The notes under the pieces were generated by a model. That model saw only the letters and a program-made list of their open reading frames with translations. It made no database searches and was not told the DNA's origin. A stretch of 42,758 bases of DNA from Pedobacter sp. UBA1951 (lineage in GTDB: Bacteria > Bacteroidota > Bacteroidia > Sphingobacteriales > Sphingobacteriaceae): assembly GCA_002336465.1 (NCBI GenBank), contig DDEP01000082.1:1-42758 (forward strand). Reading direction: 5' to 3'. Below are positions 35,203 through 42,758 of the stretch, one piece after another (within the stretch, counting starts at the first letter, position 1; each line of letters opens with the position of its first letter). Position numbers and translations under genes: made by a program.

Positions 35203-38064
35203 ATGACTCCATTTTTAAAAGAAGTTGCACAAGATCTCTATAACAAATTTGGTTTGGACATACAGCATTGCGCTATTGTTTTTAACAACAAGCGTCCAGC
35301 TACCTACATCCAAAAATATCTAGCTGATATTATCCAAAAACCATTTTTCAGCCCTAAGATATATACCATACAAGAGTTTTTTTCTGCCGCTGTACCCGAG
35401 AAAGTAGCCGATTTCTATCTGCAGTTCTTTACCTTACTAGAGATTTACAACCAATTACTTAAAGAAGAAGGTTTACAAACGTTAAAAAGCAGCCAATTTT
35501 TTCCGTTGGCTAAGATTATTCTAAGTGATTTTAGTCAAATAGATAACGACTTGGTTGATGCCGACAAATTATACCGAGAACTAGAAGATATCTCTAAGAT
35601 CAATCTAGAGTTCGATTATCTTACTGCGGAACAATATCAATTTCTGTCGCAGTTTTGGCAATCGTACTCAGAAGGCAGGCATAAACTCCAACAGGAACTG
35701 TTTATACAGATGTGGCGACGAATGCCTAGGTTGTATCACTTATTTCACCAAAAGCTAAAAGAAAAACATTGCATTACCAATGCGGGAGCATACAGGCATT
35801 TGGCTAATACAAATATTGGCGAAGTAGATTTTATCAAAGACTTTGAAAAAGGGAAAATTGTATTTGTAGGATTTAATGCTCTAAGTAAAGCCGAAGCTAA
35901 ATTATTTGCCCAATTACAAGAAAGTGGAAAAGCAATTTTCTATTTCGATACAGACAGTTACTATCTAAATGATCCTTTACAAGAAGCAGGACTATTCTTA
36001 CGCAAGAACATTGAGCAACTTCAGCTCAAAAATGAATTTGACAATGAAGCCAGCTATCTTAAAGCAAAAAATAGACCTGTAAATGTTTATCAGGTACAGG
36101 GGCAAGCTGCTCAAGCCAAAATCTTAAATAACATCTTAGAAAGTGATTATTTAAAAAATGAGGAAGTAGGAACAACAGCCGTAATCCTAGCCGACGAATC
36201 GTTATTGATTCCTGCATTGCAAACTATCCCAGTAAATTTTCAAGATCATGCAGTTGAACTGAACGTAACCATGGGATTTCCATTGAATATATCTACCGTT
36301 TACGGGCTTGCAGATTTATGGCTTACCACCCAGTTAGAACTCAGATCAAGAGATGGAAAAAGCAAAATTGGATATGAAAATATAGAAGCTTTTCTAAGCC
36401 ATCCTTTAACCGGGATAACGCAGGCAAACAAAAACAAAATCCTCAAAAAATTACTGGAAGAAAATGCTGTTGAAGTAGATAGTCAGCGCTTGCTCAACCA
36501 AAAAGGAATCTTCGAAAAATTTTACACCCGAATAGAAGAGCCCTCACAACTTATACCGCAATTATTAAGCGTGATGGAGTTCTTACTTCAACGCTTATCA
36601 AATCGCAACACCTTAAAAAAGATAGATGCCGAATTACTGGTAAAAACCATTCAGGAACTAAACCGACTGAATGATACCATAACTCCATATATCATTCATG
36701 AAGAACTTGAGTTTGTAATTACCCTTATTCAAAAAGCCCTACAAAATATCAGTGTACCCTTAAGTGGCGATCCTTTAAATGGCATACAGCTTATGGGACT
36801 GCTAGAAACCCGTAATCTAAATTTTGATAAAGTGGTATTCTTAGGCTTTAATGAAGGCATTATACCTAAAACATCTATTGGAAGTAGTTTTATTCCCGAC
36901 AGCATTAGGCGTGTATTTGGGTTACCTGTACTAGAAAATTTAGATGCCATTTCTTCTTACATGGTCTATCGTCTATTACAGAGGTCAAAAAATATAAATT
37001 TTGTCTATAACTCATTAACAGATGAAAGTACAACCGGAGAAGCCAGCAGAATATTAAAACAACTTGCTTATGAAAGTGGTTATGATTTCAATTATTATGA
37101 GCTTAATTTAAGTATCTCAACCGAAAAAGGAAAAGACTTCGAGATCAACAAAAACAACCCTCAGATAATTGAAGCTCTAAACAGATTTTTAACCAAGCAA
37201 AAAACCATATCTCCTTCTGCACTCTCTACCTACATAGCCAACCCGGTAGATTTCTTCTTTAATTACATAGCGGGAATCAAAGAACCGCAAGAAGTTACAG
37301 GAACTATAGAAGCCAATGAGTTGGGCACTATTTTGCACTTGGTAATGGAAAGGTTTTACGAGCAGTTTAAAGGTTTGCAAATAAGTAAAGAACAAATTCA
37401 TGAACAACGTAAAAATTTAAGAGCCGTAATCAATGCAGCATTCTGTGAAACAAGAAAACTGCCCTTAAATACGCACGAATTCTCGGGTATGCAAGAAGTG
37501 GTTATGGCTATAGTAGAAGCTTACGCAAACATCATTTTAGATAGAGATGAAAATGAGGCTCCATTTAAAATCATTGATCTGGAATACAAAATCAGTGTAG
37601 AAATCCCTTTTGAGCTGAATGGCAAACAGGAAAGCATTAAAATCTATGGTATTGTTGATAGAGTGGATGAAAAAGATGGCGTAGTTAGGATTATTGATTA
37701 CAAAACAGGTAAAGACAAACTAAGTTATGGCGCAATCGATAAGCTTTTTGACACAGATGACAAACACATCAACAAAGCCCTGATTCAAACCTTATTATAC
37801 ACCTATGCTTTTGAAATACAATCGGGCATTAAAGATGTTGAACCCAATCTGTATGTGGTGAGAACCATGAGCGATGGCAATGTACATTTTAAAAGTGGCA
37901 GACAAACCTTGAAACATGAATATCTTGCAGAAACAAAAGCTGAGTTTTTAACCAATCTGCAATTAAAATTACAGGAATTATTTGATCTTAATATACCGTT
38001 TAAGGTTAGTGCCGTACCAGACAACTACCAATACTCTATATACAAAACATTGTTTAACCGATAA
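35203..38064 (+). CDS. addB: AddB-like PD-(D/E)XK nuclease subunit
   Basis: Degenerate helicase-like N-terminus, MGLLETR, GIVDRVD...IIDYKTG, Q..LY; directly after addA. Confidence 0.87.
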   Translation: MTPFLKEVAQDLYNKFGLDIQHCAIVFNNKRPATYIQKYLADIIQKPFFSPKIYTIQEFFSAAVPEKVADFYLQFFTLLEIYNQLLKEEGLQTLKSSQFFPLAKIILSDFSQIDNDLVDADKLYRELEDISKINLEFDYLTAEQYQFLSQFWQSYSEGRHKLQQELFIQMWRRMPRLYHLFHQKLKEKHCITNAGAYRHLANTNIGEVDFIKDFEKGKIVFVGFNALSKAEAKLFAQLQESGKAIFYFDTDSYYLNDPLQEAGLFLRKNIEQLQLKNEFDNEASYLKAKNRPVNVYQVQGQAAQAKILNNILESDYLKNEEVGTTAVILADESLLIPALQTIPVNFQDHAVELNVTMGFPLNISTVYGLADLWLTTQLELRSRDGKSKIGYENIEAFLSHPLTGITQANKNKILKKLLEENAVEVDSQRLLNQKGIFEKFYTRIEEPSQLIPQLLSVMEFLLQRLSNRNTLKKIDAELLVKTIQELNRLNDTITPYIIHEELEFVITLIQKALQNISVPLSGDPLNGIQLMGLLETRNLNFDKVVFLGFNEGIIPKTSIGSSFIPDSIRRVFGLPVLENLDAISSYMVYRLLQRSKNINFVYNSLTDESTTGEASRILKQLAYESGYDFNYYELNLSISTEKGKDFEINKNNPQIIEALNRFLTKQKTISPSALSTYIANPVDFFFNYIAGIKEPQEVTGTIEANELGTILHLVMERFYEQFKGLQISKEQIHEQRKNLRAVINAAFCETRKLPLNTHEFSGMQEVVMAIVEAYANIILDRDENEAPFKIIDLEYKISVEIPFELNGKQESIKIYGIVDRVDEKDGVVRIIDYKTGKDKLSYGAIDKLFDTDDKHINKALIQTLLYTYAFEIQSGIKDVEPNLYVVRTMSDGNVHFKSGRQTLKHEYLAETKAEFLTNLQLKLQELFDLNIPFKVSAVPDNYQYSIYKTLFNR

Positions 38065-38081
38065 AAATATAAGATATTTTT

Positions 38082-38089
38082 TAGGTTTG
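38082..38089 (+). promoter_or_regulatory. -7 box (TAGGTTTG) for the S41 protease gene
   Basis: Exact match 42 nt upstream of the ATG. Confidence 0.6.
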
Positions 38090-38131
38090 TAAAAAACACG
38101 TTCAGAATATTAAACCAACTACAATTAAAAC

Positions 38132-41100
38132 ATGAAGATTAAAAAAATATGGGGCAGCATTGCAGGTTTACTTTTACTGCTCCCAGCATTAACTTATGCA
38201 CAAAAACAAACTTATTTCGCTTCTTATCCAGCTCTCTCACCAGATGGACAAACCATTGTGTTCAGCTATGACGGCGATATCTGGAAAGTACATGTAAAAG
38301 GAGGTCTTGCCTCTCGTATTACAGCTATGCAAGGCGAAGAAGTCAACCCTAAAATATCCCCAGATGGTAAATGGTTAGCTTTTTCTTCCAACCAATATGG
38401 AAATTTTGATGTATATGTAATGCCTATGGGCGGTGGCGACATCAAGCAATTAACCTTTAATGATGCAACAGATGAAGTGGACAACTGGAGCTGGGATTCT
38501 AAAACGATTTATTTCACATCGAGCAGATACAACAACTATTCGAGCTATAAAGTAAATATCAATGGTGGTACCGCAGTACGTCTATTTGATAATTATTTTA
38601 ATACCACGCACAATATTGCTGAAGCTCCAGATGGCAATCTGTTTTTCAACGATACGTGGGAAAGCCGGAACTTTACCAACCGGAAACGCTACAAAGGCGC
38701 ATTTAACCCAGATATTCAATCGTACAACCCTAAAACCAAAGCTTATAAACGTTATACAGATTATATAGGAAAAGATTTTTGGACTACTATAGACCAGAAA
38801 GGAAATATCTACTTTGTTTCTGATGAAGCTAATGATGAATACAACCTATACACATTTGTAAATGGTAAAAAAACGGCACTTACTAAATTCGATACTTCTA
38901 TTAAAAGACCTTTTGTAGCAGCCAATGGAAATACAGTGGTTTTTGAAAAAGATTACCAATTATATGTATATGATGTTGCCAATAAAAAAGCCGAGAAAGT
39001 AGATATCTCTACTTTTAGAAATCAAACCCTTACCAAAGACCAAGAGTATGAGGTAAGAGCAAATATTTCTAACTTCGATGTTTCTCCTGATGGCAAGAAA
39101 ATGGCTTTCATTTCAAGGGGAGAGCTTTTTGTAAGTGATGTTGATGGAAAATTCATCCGCAAGATCAGCAACAGCGGCGAACGCGCTTTAGAACTAAAAT
39201 GGCTAGCCGACAACAAGACCATTCTGTTTAATCAAACAACAGAAGGTTATCAGAACTGGTTTACCATAACAGGCGATGGCAAATCTGCACCTAAGCAGTT
39301 AACTAATGATAAAGCCAACAATCACGATATCAGTTTTAACAAAGCCAGAACACAGGCAGTATATTTAAGCGGTCGTAATGAACTTAGAATAATGGACCTG
39401 AAAACATTTCAGAGCAAAACCATTGTAAGAGATGAATTTTGGGCAGTTCAGAACTCCTCACCTAGTTTCTCTCCTAACGATCAGTATCTGCTATTTACTG
39501 CTTACCGCAATTTTGAGCAAGATATTTTTGTACACGATATTAAAGCCAACCAAACCATTAATCTTACCAACACAGGAGTTACTGAAGCAGGCCCGATTTG
39601 GTCGCCAGACGGACGTTATATTTACTTTACCAGCTCACGTACAAAGCCCTCTTATCCACTTGGCATGGAAGATGCCCATGTTTACCGTATGGCCTTAGAT
39701 TATTATGACACGCCTTATCGTTCGGATAAATTTGACGACTTATTTAAGGAAACTACTCCCGCAGCACCTAAAGAAACCACCCCAGCAAAAGAAGATAAAA
39801 AAACTACTGATACCGCAAAGAAAAAGGCAGAAGAAAAACCAGCAACAAAACTTATAACCATTAATACTCAGCGTATTTTAGACCGTATAGAACTGGTAAG
39901 CCCAGCATTTGGCACACAATACCTTACTGATGTAATGACCAAAGGCGACAAAACTTATGTGTTTTATACCTCTAGTCATGAAGGGTTGCCAATGTCAACC
40001 TACAGAACTGTTATAGAGCCTTTTGAGAACAATAAAACAGAAAAAGTTACCGAAGGCGGTTTTGGTATCGCAGAAGTTGGAGGCAAGTATTTTGTGATAG
40101 CTCGTGGTGCAATCAGTAAGTATAACATCGATGCCAATAAATTGGATAGAATAGATCATACCTATAAATTCACTAAAAACCTAAATGCAGAATTTAACCA
40201 AATGTTCTACGAAACTTGGGTAGGTTTAGATGAAAACTTTTATGACGAAAAGTTTCACGGCATAGATTGGGAGAAAATGAAAAAAAGATATGCGGTTTAC
40301 TTGCCTTACCTTAACAATCGCACAGATCTGCGCATACTCTTAAATGATATGCTGGGAGAATTGAACTCTTCGCATATGGGCTTTAACAGCTTTGGAACTG
40401 AAGAGCGCAAAAGCTTAAACTATGTTACCAACGAAACAGGTATCATTTTCAGTAATGAAAATCCTTATCAAGTAGAACGCATCGTAGCCAAAAGCGGTGC
40501 AGCTCTATTAAAAGATAAGATTGCAAAAGGCGATGTACTTACCCATGTAAATGGCACAAAGGTAGATGCTACCACAGATAGAGATTACTATTTTACCAAA
40601 CCTTCTTTAGATCGGGAAATGACTTTAACCTTTTTACGCAATGGCAAACCGGTAAATGTAAACATTCACCCACAAAGCTCTGGCGCATTAAAATCAAACC
40701 TATATGATGAATGGATTGCCAATAACCGTAAAAATGTAGAAGAATGGGGTAAAAACCGAATTGCATACTCATACATGAAAAACATGAGCAAAGGCGAGTT
40801 GGAAGTTTTCTTATTGGATATGGTTGAACAGGAAAACAACAACGATGCAGTAATTTTGGATTTAAGGTATAATACCGGAGGTAATGTACATGACGAAGTT
40901 CTACGCTTTTTATCGCAACGCCCATACCTGAAATGGAAATACAGAGGAGGAGCGATCTCTCCTCAAAGCAATTTTGCACCAGCTGCAAAACCTATTGTTC
41001 TTTTGATCAATGAACAATCTTTAAGCGATGCAGAAATGACCGCAGCAGGATTTAAGCAACTTAAATTAGGAAAAATAATAGGTACAGAAACTTACCGTTG

Positions 41101-41308
41101 GATCATCTTCACCTCTGCAAAAGGTTTGGTTGATGGTTCTTCTTACCGTTTACCTTCGTGGGGATGTTATACCATGGATGGCAAGAACTTAGAAAAAGAA
41201 GGTGTTTCTCCTGATATCTATGTTAAAAATACTTTCGAAGACCGCTTAGCTGGTCGCGATCCACAATTGGAAAGAGCCGTTGCAGAAATCATGAAAGACC
41301 TGAAATAA
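38132..41308 (+). CDS. Tricorn-like S41 family protease
   Basis: Signal peptide, repeated SPDG propeller blades, ELNSSH, PDZ-like region, DLRYNTGG, SLSDAE catalytic Ser. Confidence 0.92.
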   Translation: MKIKKIWGSIAGLLLLLPALTYAQKQTYFASYPALSPDGQTIVFSYDGDIWKVHVKGGLASRITAMQGEEVNPKISPDGKWLAFSSNQYGNFDVYVMPMGGGDIKQLTFNDATDEVDNWSWDSKTIYFTSSRYNNYSSYKVNINGGTAVRLFDNYFNTTHNIAEAPDGNLFFNDTWESRNFTNRKRYKGAFNPDIQSYNPKTKAYKRYTDYIGKDFWTTIDQKGNIYFVSDEANDEYNLYTFVNGKKTALTKFDTSIKRPFVAANGNTVVFEKDYQLYVYDVANKKAEKVDISTFRNQTLTKDQEYEVRANISNFDVSPDGKKMAFISRGELFVSDVDGKFIRKISNSGERALELKWLADNKTILFNQTTEGYQNWFTITGDGKSAPKQLTNDKANNHDISFNKARTQAVYLSGRNELRIMDLKTFQSKTIVRDEFWAVQNSSPSFSPNDQYLLFTAYRNFEQDIFVHDIKANQTINLTNTGVTEAGPIWSPDGRYIYFTSSRTKPSYPLGMEDAHVYRMALDYYDTPYRSDKFDDLFKETTPAAPKETTPAKEDKKTTDTAKKKAEEKPATKLITINTQRILDRIELVSPAFGTQYLTDVMTKGDKTYVFYTSSHEGLPMSTYRTVIEPFENNKTEKVTEGGFGIAEVGGKYFVIARGAISKYNIDANKLDRIDHTYKFTKNLNAEFNQMFYETWVGLDENFYDEKFHGIDWEKMKKRYAVYLPYLNNRTDLRILLNDMLGELNSSHMGFNSFGTEERKSLNYVTNETGIIFSNENPYQVERIVAKSGAALLKDKIAKGDVLTHVNGTKVDATTDRDYYFTKPSLDREMTLTFLRNGKPVNVNIHPQSSGALKSNLYDEWIANNRKNVEEWGKNRIAYSYMKNMSKGELEVFLLDMVEQENNNDAVILDLRYNTGGNVHDEVLRFLSQRPYLKWKYRGGAISPQSNFAPAAKPIVLLINEQSLSDAEMTAAGFKQLKLGKIIGTETYRWIIFTSAKGLVDGSSYRLPSWGCYTMDGKNLEKEGVSPDIYVKNTFEDRLAGRDPQLERAVAEIMKDLK

Positions 41309-41320
41309 AAAACTCTAATT

Positions 41321-41357
41321 TTAACTGTTGGGGATATATTTTATCCCCAACAGTTAA
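41321..41357 (+). terminator. Hairpin after the S41 protease gene (terminator or stabiliser)
   Basis: 16-bp perfect inverted repeat TTAACTGTTGGGGATA/TATCCCCAACAGTTAA; weak T tail. Confidence 0.65.
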
Positions 41358-41373
41358 TTATAATAATGCAAAT

Positions 41374-41937
41374 ATGTTAGATCTGTCTTTTAGCCCTTTT
41401 CCTGTTCTGGAAACAGCACGATTACTTTTAAGAGAACATAACATCGATGATGCAACTGCTTTGTTTGATATGCGCAGAAACGAAGAAGTGATGCGCTATA
41501 TTGATCGAGAAAGACCAAAAACGATAGAAGACATTTATGCTTTTATCAGAAAACTCAATCAAGGCTTTAAGGAGGGACAAAACTTGGCATGGGTCATTGC
41601 TTTAAAAGACACACCTCAACAAATGATTGGCTCTATCGGTTATTGGCGAACAGACTTGCCTAACCACCGTGCAGAGATTGGTTATATGTTACAGCCCGAT
41701 TACTGGCGCAAAGGCATCGTCAGCGAGGCACTCAAAGCAACCATAGCTTTTGGTTTTAATGAGGCTAAATTTCACAGCATAAATGCCAACATCAATCCCG
41801 GCAACAATGCATCAAGAGCATTGCTACTAAAACATGGTTTCATCAAAGAAGCTTACTTTAGGGAAGATTATTATTTCAATGGCAAATTTATGGACAGTGA
41901 GATTTATGGTTTGCTCAAAACAGATGTTTTGCCATAG
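41374..41937 (+). CDS. GNAT acetyltransferase, RimJ/RimL family
   Basis: LETARLLLR, AEIGY, YWRKG, NNASRALL.K.GF. Confidence 0.9.
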   Translation: MLDLSFSPFPVLETARLLLREHNIDDATALFDMRRNEEVMRYIDRERPKTIEDIYAFIRKLNQGFKEGQNLAWVIALKDTPQQMIGSIGYWRTDLPNHRAEIGYMLQPDYWRKGIVSEALKATIAFGFNEAKFHSINANINPGNNASRALLLKHGFIKEAYFREDYYFNGKFMDSEIYGLLKTDVLP

Positions 41938-42056
41938 TAAACTCGTTATCATTTCTAAATAAAATAACAGATTGGAGAGAGCAGAAAATAAATCAAAATC
42001 TATTTAGGCTCAATAAAATATATGCTTATCCTCAACCAACATCACATATTGTAAAA

Positions 42057-42668
42057 ATGAAAAATATTAAATTAACCCTCTTCTTCATGCTATTGTTCGT
42101 ATTTAAAGGCTTTGCTCAAGACTGCCTAATCTATGGCACAACAGCTCCTGATATGTTGTACAAATACGCTTATTTATATGATTTAGATTCAAAAACATTT
42201 TTAACTGCTCCTATAGTTAACCATCAATTTAGCTTTAAGCTAAACAAGCCTGATAAACTGAGCTTATTTACATTCAACGTAAATACAGATCTGATGAAAA
42301 GTCATGAAGAACTTATAAAAAGTCCTGACTATGGGATGCCAAACAGAGGTAGGATAATCGCATTAGAAGATTCGGTTAAAATTTCTATGACTACCGTTAC
42401 ACAAGAAGCTGCAGTTAAAGGGAGAATTCTAAATAAAGCTATAGATGACATGTTTCTTGCTATTAAATCAAAAAAATACGAGTCTTTTTTTGAGCAGTAC
42501 CCAGATTCTCCAATTTCTATTATATTTTTAAAAACATTAGTTAAAAATATTGTATCGAGTATGCCTCTTTTTAGCAGAACAGAATGCAAAACTTACTACA
42601 ATAAATTATCGGATCGATTAAAAAATTCTGCAGAAGGTCAGGAAATTTTAAAAATTATCGGCATATAA
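42057..42668 (+). CDS. Secreted hypothetical protein resembling the DUF4369/helical N-terminal part of TlpA-like proteins
   Basis: Signal peptide; API.N..FSF; YPDSPIS...YNKLSDRLKNSAEG; no CxxC. Confidence 0.55.
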   Translation: MKNIKLTLFFMLLFVFKGFAQDCLIYGTTAPDMLYKYAYLYDLDSKTFLTAPIVNHQFSFKLNKPDKLSLFTFNVNTDLMKSHEELIKSPDYGMPNRGRIIALEDSVKISMTTVTQEAAVKGRILNKAIDDMFLAIKSKKYESFFEQYPDSPISIIFLKTLVKNIVSSMPLFSRTECKTYYNKLSDRLKNSAEGQEILKIIGI

Positions 42669-42758
42669 CTTTCATTATCAAGTCTTTCTTACTGTAACTA
42701 ATCCAATATCATTAAGCGAGTTTCACAATTTTTAATTACTTTTAAGATAAGCTTTGAT

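Noticed and set aside
31972-38064. Helicase plus PD-(D/E)XK nuclease pair as a phage-defence or Cas4-type system
   Set aside because: Sizes, order and motifs match housekeeping AddAB; no array, methyltransferase or island context.
6173-40988. Many 60-131 aa ORFs in the track that overlap large genes (e.g. 6716-7012, 22865-23152, 27951-28337, 34098-34421, 40593-40988)
   Set aside because: Antisense or out-of-frame shadows of well-supported genes, with no recognisable motifs or promoters.
1-42758. CRISPR array, tRNA/rRNA genes, prophage or transposase
   Set aside because: No regularly spaced repeats, cloverleaf or rRNA signatures, or matching ORFs seen; intergenic gaps are all about 300 bp or less.

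Overview
A low-GC Bacteroidota chromosomal window; a Pedobacter/Sphingobacteriaceae-like source is my inference from gene order and the many TAnnTTTG -7 promoter boxes. Most of it is core genome: coaX-OMP-lptC-PpiD-like chaperone; DUF2480/DUF3108/DUF3109-type genes; rfbB-rfbD-rfbA (no rfbC); the rplM-rpsI-rpsB-tsf-(nagA)-pyrH-(orphan)-frr translation cluster; ridA-rarD-recG; a NagZ-like GH3; tatD-tcdA; addA-addB; a tricorn-like S41 protease; and a GNAT. I saw no rRNA, tRNA, CRISPR array or transposase. The best leads are: (1) a 173-bp element with terminal inverted repeats upstream of addA that folds as one long rod (MITE or ncRNA); (2) an accessory membrane-AraC plus high-GC lipoprotein cassette with a structured 5' leader, between rplM and recG; (3) a 37-aa membrane protein gene with its own promoter, missing from the ORF track; (4) an AddB lacking all four Fe-S staple cysteines; (5) Shine-Dalgarno motifs before rpsI and rpsB but not before rplM or tsf; (6) a heptamer-periodic hairpin between rpsB and tsf. 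Family names come from motif recognition by eye, not from database searches.
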